Assembly (NCBI RefSeq): GCF_001194135.2
Contig: NC_068997.1
Span: 1,238,777 to 1,302,776, forward strand
Direction of reading: 5' to 3'
Length of the DNA: 64,000 nt
Origin: Octopus bimaculoides
Taxonomy: Eukaryota
The notes under the pieces are model-generated. The model worked only from the letters and a program-made list of their open reading frames with translations, made no database searches and was not told where the DNA came from. Shown here one piece after another: positions 41,789-53,146 of this stretch; positions within the stretch are counted from its first letter, which is position 1; every line of letters begins with the position of its first letter. The position numbers were made by a program, and so were the translations under genes.

Positions 41789-42462
41789 AAGCAATGTTAA
41801 TTCTCTAAATGAAGTATTAACAGTAACTGCACGATAAAGTGTGGTATATTGCCACTTAAGTGTGGCTGACCCCTAGGGGTGGATGTTACTGTTGCTTTTA
41901 GCCCCAGGAGGACATCTCCTCCAGCTGGCTTATCGACACACGACTGTGTCCTGTTTGCCAAGGGTAGTTATCCCTCTCACCAACATCTGCAGCACAGTCG
42001 TGTGTCGATAAGCCAGCTGGAGGAGATGTCCTCCTGGGGCTAAAAGCAACAGTAACATCCACCCCTAGGGGTCAGCCACACTTAAGTGGCAATATACTAC
42101 ACTTTATATATATATATATATATANNNNNNNNNNAATACTTCATTTAGAGAATTAACATTGCTTGTTTTCACCTTTTCGATATCAGTGAAGAATTTCACT
42201 TGAAAAGAAGATATAAGATTGCCAGGTTTTTTTCTCTCTCACCAAGGTCAGCGGCTATCGGACGCCGACGAAGGGAAATAACCCTGAAATCCGGATCCGT
42301 TCGTGCTGCAGATGTTGGTGAGAGGGATAACTACCCTTGGCAAACAGGACACAGTCGTGTGTCGATAAGCCAGCTGGAGGAGATGTCCTCCTGGGGCTAA
42401 AAGCAACAGTAACATCCACCCCTAGGGGTCAGCCACACTTAAGTGGCAATATACTACACTTT
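41789..42462 (+). mobile_element. Hammerhead-bearing retrozyme-like element: inverted arm plus partial tandem of a ~345-nt unit, in (AT)n
   Basis: 41789-41994 is the reverse complement of 42304-42462 plus a linker plus 42135-42164. 41993-42105 directly repeats 42350-42462. Flanked by (AT)n; a 10-N gap lies at 42125-42134. Confidence 0.65.
42251..42309 (+). ncRNA. Type I hammerhead ribozyme (candidate, U4C core variant)
   Basis: Distal stem I GCGGC(42251-55)/GCTGC(42305-09); 3x1 internal loop TAT/T; proximal stem I CGGACG(42259-64)/CGTTCG(42298-303); core CCGACGA(42265-71); stem II AGGG/CCCT with loop AAATAA; GAAA(42286-89); short palindromic stem III A-TCCGGA-T; NUH triplet ATC, predicted cleavage after 42297. 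Confidence 0.8.
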
Positions 42463-42787
42463 ATATATATATATATATATATACACCCTACCACTTAACT
42501 GTATAAATGTGCTTTTGTTTATCTATCTATCAATAGGTTGTTCCTCTGTAGACAATTGGAGATAATTCGAAATAGTGCCACCGATTTCGAATTATTCTAA
42601 ATTCAATGAAATACTGTGTTTAGGACAATTGGAATAAATTTCATTTTGGAAAGTACATAACATCAGTCCCCCCGTTGCCTCTTTCTTTCTTTCTCCCCTC
42701 TGTATATATGTATGTATGTATGTATGCTTGTCTCTTTGTCTGTCTGTCTGTCTCTTTCACACATACTCTCTCTCGCTCTCTCTCAAA

Positions 42788-42832
<45 letters not shown>

Positions 42833-43175
42833 TTACTCTATTCCGCATACTGTAAACATACATACTCTCACATACAAATACACGCGGATTTTTCTGAGGT
42901 TTCATCTTCGGCCTAAAAGAAACCCCATAAATTATAATATGATGTAATTATATTACAAAATGAAATTTGTTTCTCGATAATAGATAATTACATTAAGATT
43001 TATGAAGATAATTTCAGTGAAATATCAGTGTTAAATATGAATGAAGTACTAGAATAGACTAAATGTCAACATCACAATAAAATGTCTCAAAACTAAGATA
43101 TATCTCGTGTGTTCACAATATGTTTTATATATTTGTCTAACCATATTTTCTGGAGCAGCTGCTGCAGAGCGGCTC

Positions 43176-43219
<44 letters not shown>

Positions 43220-43223
43220 TAAT

Positions 43224-43651
43224 ATCTACTATAAGTATAAGGCTTGGAATTTTGGGGGAGCGGCAAGTCTATTACATTGACCAGAGGACTCAACTGGCAC
43301 TTATTTTATCGATTCCGAAAAGATGAAAGGCAAAGTCGACATTGGGGGAATTTGAATTCAGAACGTGAAAACATACGAAGTGCCGCTAAGCTTTTCGTCT
43401 GATATGCTAACGATTCTGCCTTAATGATAATAATAATCCTTTCTACTATAGGTACAAGGCGTGAAATTTGTGGGAAAGTGGATAGTCGATTATATCGACC
43501 CCAGTGCTCCATTGGGACTTATTTCATCGACCCAAAAGCATCAAAGGTAAAGTCGATCTCGGCGGAATTCGAGCCTGGAACATAAGGACGGACCAAATGC
43601 CGTTAAGCCTTTTACCTGGCATGCTAACAATTCTGCCAGATCGCTGTCTTT
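43224..43651 (-). mobile_element. Two head-to-tail SINE family A copies (43224-43421, 43436-43651) within (AAT)n
   Basis: Both align to the family consensus; (AAT)n before, between and after. Confidence 0.8.
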
Positions 43652-43652
43652 C

Positions 43653-43729
<77 letters not shown>

Positions 43730-44877
43730 GACTTGGATCCAACTTGTACAAATGCAAAACAAAAGTCAAACATAAAATAATAATAATAATAATAATAATA
43801 ATACTGATTTATACGCTAGTTTGTTAAAATGTTTAAACTCGTCATGAGTGATAGGGAGCTGATAGTTTAAACTGTATCCGACTTTGAGGCCCTGGTTCGG
43901 AAGTTCCAGGGTTTTGTAGAGTGTTCCCCGGTTTACTCCGCCCCAGAGTAGTAGCACCTATCAGTATCCGAGCTACGGGTTAATTATCATGTAAATAAAG
44001 GTCAGTTGTGAATTTAGGAATAAATAGCCTCTGATCAAATCACGGGGTGGTCGGATGGAAAGAGAGCGAGATGGAGAGAGAGAAAGAAAGAGAAACTGCA
44101 ATCATTAATCAATGGCAGTTGGAGAAATGCTAGAGGCATCTACTCTTCAAAAAGATAGCCACTATAGCCCTTTTAAGGTCCCTGAAACAGGAAAAATGAA
44201 TAAAGAGCGATATATGTCAGCAGAACAAGTAACCGGCTTCAAAACAAACAATAGAGAGGTTCCTGCGAAAGTTACCCAAGGATCCAGGTAGAATAAAACA
44301 GACGGGATTATGTTGTATAGTGGAACTGTACATCTGTTCCGGTAAAACATTAAAACATGGTATAGCCAGCCATTATAAATAGACCAGTAACCGGTCGACA
44401 GAGACAATGTCGAGAGTACGTGTAGACTGTGTTAATAGTCGTGTCTGTGCCGATATAGTAATTATACTGTAATCCAACCCTTTGAGTATAAAAGCACTGT
44501 ATGACTAGGGGTCGTACAGCGCCAGATATAACCGTTGTATCGACGACTTTGGAATATAAAAGTATCTGCCGGAGCGACAACCGTCGTCAAAAGACAAATA
44601 CAACAGTAGCAAAAGACTGTTTTACAACAGATTATAAATCAGTTTATAAGATTCTAATTAAAATAACATATGAGTAGCAGTGTAAGTAGCATAATAAGTA
44701 GCAGCTTAAGAGATATAATAAATCCACCGAGGGAAAGAAGAAAGAACGTAGTGTTTAAAGAAAACCACGAAGAAATTATCTCGTGGAGATAAAGTAATCT
44801 TGTCAAAATGCAGAAGCTTGGGCTGTGTAGTACCCCTAGTTATGTTTGATTACAGTGTGTCGTACAAATTGCTTTTT

Positions 44878-45282
44878 TTCTTGTATTTGTTTCAGTCATT
44901 AGACTGCGGCCATGCTGGGGCACTGTCTTGAAGAATATTTAGACGGATGAATCTACCCTATTTCTTTATTTTTTTTTAGCGTGATACTTATTCTATCGGT
45001 GTCTTTTGTCGAACCGTTAAGTTACGAAACGCAAACAGACCAAGAGGGATTGTCAAGTAGTGGTAGGGGACAAACAGTGAGAGAGAGGGAGAGGGAGAAA
45101 GACACACAGAAAAGACACACACATATACACACGCATACATACGACGGGGCTTCTTCCAGTTTCTGTCTACCATATCCAATAAGGGTTTGGTCGGCTTGAG
45201 GCTAGAGTAGAAGACACTTGCCCGAGGTGCCACGCAGTGGGAATGAACCCGGAGCTATGTGGTTAGGAGGCAAGCTTCTTAA
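44878..45282 (-). mobile_element. SINE family B
   Basis: Near full-length reverse-complement match. Confidence 0.8.
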
Positions 45283-46869
45283 CTTGGCCGGCTCTACGCG
45301 CGCACAGACGTTATTCTTCAGCTCCTGTACAGGGACAGGTATGATCAAAGGACGACAAAATTTCCTCGTGGCAACCAAATCACTCAGCATATACATTAAT
45401 TAGGTAACAAAGCTTGATCAGTTAAAAATAGTAGCTAAATCTTACTTAACTACTACCTACTAACTTAAAAAAATTCGAGTCGTACTGGATAATATATTCT
45501 GAGATAGGCAATGCTTTTCAATCTAGTTCTGCTTGTTCAATGCTGACCAGTAACTAAAATAACTTCATCCACCTAAAGTTAAATAGAAAATAGAAATTGA
45601 AAAGGTCGAGTAGAATGTCAGAGAGAACATCTGTAATGAAATGTCACCATTATTATAACGTTATTGGAAGTATGTTTCTATGTATACACATGTGTGTTTG
45701 TGTGAATGTATGCTTGCGTATATGACTAAGTATAAAGGATAAACATACATAAAAACCCAAACCTATGGATTATCACTTCACCGTAGAATAGCCGGCAGCT
45801 GCTTCGTAGTATCTCCTAAGAGATAAATTCATGGTACCTATATGTATCAGCGAAAGTTACAAACCAGATACACTTCTGATGATAGGTTATAAGCCGTCCA
45901 AGTTCATATAAAACTCCGAGTCTCTATTCACTGCATCATCGATACTCTTAAAGAGTTCCAAGCACATATATGCCATGGTGAACATTCATGACAATATAAC
46001 CGGCCTTATTCCATGAATTACAAAATACAACGGAAAACGCTTCAAAATTGCTTATCAAATCAAAGTTTTCGATGCTAATCCAGTTAGTAGAAACTATTCT
46101 AAAGAAATTATATTGATGTCTGTCAGTACATGATTACAACCAATCGATGTTCCAGATATAAAATTTATGGCTCTTGTTATTCCTCATAAGAAGACGGCTA
46201 TAGTTAATAATATTTTTAATTTGATTTTCCCCCATTCTGAAGCAGCTCTATTGAATGTCTACTCATTTCTCTGAGCCATTATAATGACTAGAATTTTTAT
46301 TAGGTAATCAAGTCTGTCAGCTCTTTATACACAATTTGAGTAAGTATCCTCTTGTTGATTGCTTTAATGATAAGACACATTGCTTATGATACCCGGAAGC
46401 CTGTTTTATTCACCAATTAGATGCTTAATTGTCTTCTTCCGAAATGAATTGAAAGATAGCAATTATGTGACACTTTCTCGAACAAATTGAAAACTGACTT
46501 TATCGGAAGTCGGATTCACTTAAATTAAGGTCTAGTGAAGAATAAGGTCAACAACTAACGCAACACTAACCTTACCGGTTGTTAGAATAGAAGTAATGCA
46601 CTAGATATAACAACAGCAATACTAGTGACAGCGGTACGTTACTTGTCCTTTGTTAATATACTCTTCTTTCTTCGCCTTCTCGTCATCATCATCGTCGTCA
46701 TCTTCTTCTCCGCTTTCTCGTCATCATCATTGTCGTTGTCATGATCATCACTGCGACGGAAATGTAAAAGTCAACCGAGAAAATAAAATAACAGAAACGC
46801 TAATCCATGAAATAAAATTCCGTTCACTGAAGAAAACAAAAACGCGATTCTGTTCCTGCCGTTGCATAG

Positions 46870-47045
46870 CCCCTCATTGGATCTGACAGAGCGGTCCTAT
46901 GCTTGCGGGTTGGAGATCAAACAACTAGGGGTGACCCGCACATCAGCTATTCCAAAGACGTCAACCTTCCAACTGGATGAAGATCATAGTGCACAGTTTG
47001 ACATGCGCAGGGGAAGTGGTCTGAAATGCAACATGACGTGCAGTG
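46870..47045 (+). CDS. Candidate internal coding exon of an unidentified gene (176 nt, phase 2 to phase 1)
   Basis: Acceptor TTCTGTTCCTGCCGTTGCATAG| and strong donor CAGTG|GTGAGT; one open frame PSLDLTERSYACGLEIKQLGVTRTSAIPKTSTFQLDEDHSAQFDMRRGSGLKCNMTCS; locally higher GC. Protein not recognised. Confidence 0.35.
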
Positions 47046-47344
47046 GTGAGTAACAGGAGGAACTGCGTACTGTATTACTGTATGTTTGTAGATTCAGGTG
47101 GTGGCAGAAGCGGGAAAGAGGGATTCGTCAGGGAATTACTTTGCATTTACCGTTGATGGTTCGAATCCCAGAACAATCTTTGCATTTAGTGAAGCTCTTG
47201 ATGTTGCTGCGATCGTGTTTTTAGCCCGGTGTTGTTATACATGTTTTTTTTTTCACGTTTCCAGCACATGAATTGGTGACTATAAATCTATTGGAATACA
47301 CCTGATAAAAATTATAGCAATGAAACAAAACACTGTTAATATAT

Positions 47345-47592
47345 TGGTTTCAAATTTCAGCACAAGGCCAACAATTTCGACCCCAGTGTTCAACTGGTAT
47401 TATTTTATCGACTTCCGAAGGATGAATGACAAAGTCGACTTCGGTGGAATTTGAACTCAGAACGTAACGGCGGACAAAATGCTGCTAAGCACTTTGCCCG
47501 GTGTGCCAACGATTCTGCCATATAAGTACCAGTCACGCACTGGAGTCGATGTAATCGACTAGCCCCCTCCCCTCAAATTTTTGGACTTGAAC
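47345..47592 (-). mobile_element. SINE family A copy (47345-47520, minus) fused to an inverted 3' half (47522-47592, plus)
   Basis: Consensus match on both strands, orientation switching at 47521. Confidence 0.75.
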
Positions 47593-49358
47593 CCCTTAAA
47601 TGATTTAGTTTTAGGTCTAAAGGTTCTGAACTTCAGCTTCAATTCCTCCGGCCGCTGGCCTTTACTGTAATACGCTAATAATATCCTGGTATCCATCCAT
47701 CAGACTAAATACCCCCGCCAATACACACTCAAATACCAGTTTTTAAAATTAAACCCGTTATTAATTCAACACCATATGCCCAGCACCAAACAAAACTCCT
47801 TCCAGTCCTAATAATGACCAATTTACTCAATCTTCGTGGTTGATGGTAATGGGAGAAAAGAATCATAAATCCTCTACAAGGAAGTCTTTATGTGGTCACT
47901 CGAGATAATAGAAATAGTAGTAAAATCTCCCTCGAATCGTACCCTACCAGTTTAAATAAGGCAGAAAAATACAAGCATAAATGTTGTAGTTTCCAATTAT
48001 ATATATTTTCAACGGTTTTTAGTGGTTTCACACATCAAATTGCGGCCGAGCTTGAGTATCTATTTCAGACGTTTTTTACTCAATAATAGTAAACCAGTGT
48101 TTATATCAACAACGAGTAGCTCAGTTATTTTTGACACAACACTGATGTTGGGTTAAGCATTTACTCACAGACATGGACTGCACACAAACATTTATGGACA
48201 CAGTAAACAGTCAAAAATTGATATGTATATTGTGGTCAACCCGAGACTATAGTAGACACTTGCTCAAGATTCCAGAAAAACGCTATTGCGAAGAGAAATT
48301 CTTAAATTTCCAGCCACACCAGCATCCTTCCTTGTTTAACCCGTCAGGATTCAATTCGATGGATGCAACTTCAAGCAAATCGATCAACTACATAAATAGT
48401 CTTCTATGTCTCATATAAGTTATTATTCAATGGTTAAAATGAAAGCTAAACAAATATTCTATGAGAGCCTATAATAGTAATAACAGAGAAAAACTGATAC
48501 AATATTGAAAGCTTACAGTTTTCGATTTTTTTTGCTTTCACTGACAAAGAAATATAGACAAAATTATTAATTTATGTATCATAACCGTCCATAAAATATA
48601 GGAATAAATGTTGGGAAAAGAAATTCAGATATGACCTGTTACGGTCACAGAGGGCGCCAGCTGTACTATATTCATTATGAAAGAAAAACGAATGGTTTTC
48701 TCATTGGAGATTTTAAAAAATTGATAAAGTTATCACCGTCTAAATTTGTTGTCGTATTTTGAACTAATCAGTCTCTTCGACAGACTGATGTTTCTTAATT
48801 ACATTAGGGTGGAACTGTGAAAAAGAAATGTCTAACTTTAAACAACTAACTAAAGATTGTTATAGTTCATTACAAAGCCAAAACAATGACAACGAAGAGA
48901 CATACGACCTTCCCGATTGTCAATCAGAATGATGGAAGAGATGATGAGTTTCTTAACAGAAGAGTTTCAGTAAAATGTGATTGGCAGTGCAGGGTATAAG
49001 AGGAGAAAGGCTACGGTCGATATATCATGTATCAATGCGCAAACAGAATATGACATGCAGACGACAGGCAAATTGGTGATAACATCAACCATTCTTGCGT
49101 TGACAACATGATATATTACACAAACACATACAAGCATACATATGCACGTACACACACATGTTTATATCCCTTCCTCCAACTCTCTCTACATATATGCATA
49201 CATACATTCACAGATACAACAATATACATGCACAAGAACATATATGCAATGTCGATATCTACAAAACGTGTATGCACCGTTTTCCTTTGAGTCAACAGAC
49301 GTGTGAGCACATATAAATACAATATTCAAGAGAAAGAGAGAAGAAAGGAGAGAGAGAG

Positions 49359-49395
<37 letters not shown>

Positions 49396-49597
49396 TTGAA
49401 GGGGAAAGAGAAAGATAAATCTTATTAAGAAGTACGTATGACGTTACTGTTAGCAATACACGTATACACCAACATACATATACACATATGTATACACATA
49501 CGTAAACACGCATAAACACACACAAATACAGAAGTTTGTTTATGCACACACACAGACGTATATAGTGAATTCAAAAAACAGAGAAAAGAAAAGAAAA

Positions 49598-49783
49598 AAG
49601 CAAACAAATGTTAGGACGTAGCACAAGCAATCTATTAATATGACGCTCGGAGAAGGAAGAGAGTTGTTGCTTTATGATTCGAGCATAGGTCATCGTCGGA
49701 AACAGTAAAAACAGGAAGGTCCAAAGAGAAAGAAGGAAGAAGGACGAAAAATCGCCAACAATCCACGTGCGGTTACATTTCTG
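49598..49783 (-). mobile_element. Penelope terminal-repeat-like short element with degenerate minimal hammerhead
   Basis: Reverse complement aligns with 59284-59460. Contains TGTTT-CCGACGA-TGACC-TAT-GCTC-GAAT-CA-TA (49667-49705, minus). Abuts (AT)n. Confidence 0.5.
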
Positions 49784-49812
49784 ATATATATATATATACA
49801 TATATATATATA

Positions 49813-50975
49813 CTAGCAAACGCACCCGTCCTTTGGACGATGTAATTTATTGTAATGGCGTGCTCCTTTGGACGGTTTAAGTTGAATTAGCCACCAGTTA
49901 GAAGTCGTTTCAAGTTGATAAACGTAAAATGTATAATTAACAATTTCGTTAGTAGTTTACTATATGGTATTAAGCAACCCAGGTAATGAATACAATTTTT
50001 TGAACACAAATTTGGCAGTTAGTAATAAATGAAAGTCCATGAAATGTGAGGGCAATTGCAGTAGGCATTAGGGATTCTATATCTTACCTGATGCGTTTTG
50101 TAGCATGTAGTCATTTTACTCGTAATGCCTGATACAACCGCATTGAAGCTTTTTTCAATGTAAGTCATGTATGATAAACAAAAACAAGCATTTATAGCCA
50201 GCACACAAATAGAATAATGGCATGAACAAAAATAAATGCCAGAGCACGTATATGAGCGTGAAGTAAGAAGGGTCATTGAAGGTAGTGTACTGTTAACAGC
50301 AACCATGGAAGTGAGTTAAAACATCAATGAAATGCTTGTACGAAGTCTGAATGCTAACGGCTACAGTTTGGTGTAGATGTGAAGATTGCAGTAGAGAAGT
50401 AACTACTGTAGATGCTACTTTTGTGATGACAGTTTTAGTTTTTCCTTCAAGATAAGTTGTCTGGATGACTAACTCTGGAACAACCAACGTGAAGAGCATG
50501 ACGTTCGAAGTTCCAATCCGACAACTTTCAGCGACTTACCTTGTGCTTTGTTAATTGTGATGGCGAAGCTGAGTTTGAGAGGGGACTGAAGTCTCTGCAT
50601 ACAGTAGGGGCAGTCTGTTGGGGCTAGCGGAATTATCGTTTTTGCCGTGTCCCGTGATAATTTGGGCTTCAACGACGTGGTCCATTTTTTTTTTGTCAGA
50701 ACGCGAGTTCAAATGCGTAGTGTGAGCGCGTTTAGATTGCGTAGGAGGATGACAGGGCAATCGATTTTTAAGTAAAGTTCATGGAGATGTTGGGAGTTAA
50801 GCATTTCTGTCAGAAAGTGTGTAACCTGATCGAGGTCGGGAACGATGTCAGCTGATCTGTAACAGCGTTCTTGAGAAGGTAACTTACTAAGTAAGTCGTA
50901 GTCAAGAGTGGTGACAGCTGCATTTGGAAGTTGCAAGAACAGCCCTGTGCTAACGTGCAAATATCAAGAGTCTGC
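49813..50975 (-). mobile_element. Helitron 3' portion: decayed PIF1-like helicase plus terminal hairpin-CTAG
   Basis: Minus-strand fragments LPSQERCYRSAD...EMLNS...HELYLKIDCPVILLRNLN, VVEAQIITG and LKLSFAITINKAQGKSLKVVGLELR. Terminus has hairpin CGTCC-AAA-GGACG (49827-39), then CTAG (49813-16) joined to (AT)n. Confidence 0.85.
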
Positions 50976-51013
50976 TGTGAATGAGCATTGTGTATACGCA
51001 CACAGACACACAG

Positions 51014-51101
<88 letters not shown>

Positions 51102-51111
51102 NNNNNNNNNN

Positions 51112-51154
<43 letters not shown>

Positions 51155-51229
51155 ATTTATATGTATATATATATATATATATGTATGTATGCATGTATGT
51201 ATGTATGTATGATGTATGTATGCATGTAT

Positions 51230-51400
51230 GCGTGACTCAGTGGTTAGAATATTGCAGTCGCAGTTACAACATGGTGATTTCGATTCTCGGCGCGGAAGGT
51301 GCACAGTGCTTTTGAGCGAAACATAGTTTCACGTCGCTCCAGTGTATCCAGCTGTATTTGAACAACCCTGCGATAGACACGCGACCTATTCAGGGCTAAT
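51230..51400 (+). mobile_element. tRNA-derived SINE related to family C
   Basis: GCGTGACTCAGTGGTTAG...TTCGATTCTCGGCG...TTTGAGCGAAAC...TTTCACGTCGCTCCAG. Confidence 0.55.
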
Positions 51401-51574
51401 GTTCTGATCTGTCATTTATTCGTCAATGAAACGGAGTTACTGGCCCTATGAGTCCTAGATCTTAAGGAAGTAAAGTCAAGGGGGATTATATGTACACACA
51501 CATACACAAACATATACACGCAAACACACACACAGATTTTTAAAAATGTAGTTGTGTAAATCCGGAACAATACG

Positions 51575-51790
51575 AGAAAGTACAAAGTAAACTACCAATT
51601 GAAAAGAAAACAGAACACAGTTGCAGTTTTACCTTGTATTCCTATATTTCGGGGTGAAGACCCCTTCTCCAGGACTTTCGGAAAAGCGGTGGTTGAAAAA
51701 AAGTTTGTTGCTTTCCTGAATGTCCTTAAAAAGAAGTCTTCACCCTAAAATATAGAAATACAAGGTAAAACTGCAGCTTTGTACTTTCTA
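51575..51790. repeat. Foldback hairpin / small MITE
   Basis: 51620-51661 pairs with 51736-51777 (42 bp, 4 mismatches); outer AGAAAGTACAAAG/CTTTGTACTTTCT; inner imperfect stem. Confidence 0.75.
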
Positions 51791-51849
51791 CTGCCTTAAA
51801 TCGATGAGTACCAGCTCTAGTCACCATCTACAGAAAAATCTTCAATGTC

Positions 51850-53146
51850 ATTAATTCTACAGTGACATATTGGAAAATTTGCCTCAATATGTCCCATTTC
51901 CAGGTAGAGTAAACCCATTAACCATACCAACTACCAATCTATTTAAATCAATTCCAATATTTCAAATGTGATAGACACAACCATCGTCAACAAACTTTTT
52001 CAAAACTTACGGCATTTCTCCGTAATTAATGATCATCAATATACTTTTCTTAAATCCAAATCCCTGGGGACCATATCTATTATGACAGTGTAGTTTCTTG
52101 CGTTGAAGGTATTTGGTGAAGCATTATTGTTGCACTCGACACCACTATGCTTGTTATGCTGTCTTCAGAGCAAAACTCTTACCTTTGATCTCTATCTGTC
52201 TCTCAATTTATTTTGATCGATGACTTCATGTAGTGCTGTGTAAAGATGAAACTATCTCTAACCCATATTTTATCAATTCTATTGCTTTTTTTCCAGTTTC
52301 CCCGCACTCTTAAGTGTACCCGTAAGTGTACATCGATGATCAACTTGCTGTCACCTCTAGAAACAGTAGTTGCAACCAACACTCATCCGCATGCAACATA
52401 GACATCTCATGCCAAATTCATTGTCCAGAAACTCCAGAAACATCCTCCGATGGGACGATGCTAATTTTGTCTCTTTCAACAGCAAAGAACTCGATACCCG
52501 CATTTCGGAGAACCATCAACAAACTGCGGGTTTATCCGAGAGAAGAAACACCCGAAACACTGGAAATACTACATCACAAAGACAGGTATTCATTTTTAGA
52601 ATAAAACAATATTTCGAACAACAACTATTCTTTTCAAAACTCAACGAGATCTATCATGGATTACCCCTACAATATCTGAAATAGTGTTGATGCTGCAACA
52701 TCAGAGATAGTGGTACACAACACAGATGTCGTAGGCAACATCCAATAGTAGACCACTTAGCTAATTCTCATTAAATTTCTCCGAAATACACTTCAGTTTC
52801 TGACTCACAGATCTGCTGTCTCCTTTCCCTTCATTTTTACCGCTACATCAGCGGCCTTATCTTCATGGAATTGGCATGCGTTGTACTCCCGTTTCTCACG
52901 TATTTTTCATTCACTCGTTTTACCGTTCCTAAACACAAACACATATTGTCGCTTTATCCAGAATTCACACTCTCAAACCACTAGCCCGATTTCTTTCCTT
53001 CACATAGCGGTACACCTTAGAATTTATCCTTGCAGCTGTCGATTTGCAGATATCCAAGAAGTATGATAACGATATCAAACTGTCATTGGTGTAGGAGGTC
53101 CCTTGAAAGTCAAGGGCACGACCGAAAGTCTTCAAATAAAAAAAAA
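51850..53146 (+). mobile_element. CR1/L2-group LINE 3' remnant with terminal stem-loop and A-rich tail
   Basis: IVNKLFQNL...DHQYTFLKSKS, YIDD (52328-39) and FYRYISG motifs; 3' stem-loop CCCTTGA-AAG-TCAAGGG (53100-53116) followed by an A-rich tail. Confidence 0.5.

Noticed and set aside
48645-48660. CTCF-like CACAGAGGGCGCC
   Set aside because: Only the 3' part of the consensus matches; a single short motif is expected by chance without ChIP or conservation data.
53015-53135. Minus-strand exon-like frame TFGRALDFQGTSYTNDSLISLSYFLDICKSTAARINSK after a pyrimidine tract
   Set aside because: The tract is the complement of the A-rich tail of a plus-strand LINE 3' end, and the donor is weak.
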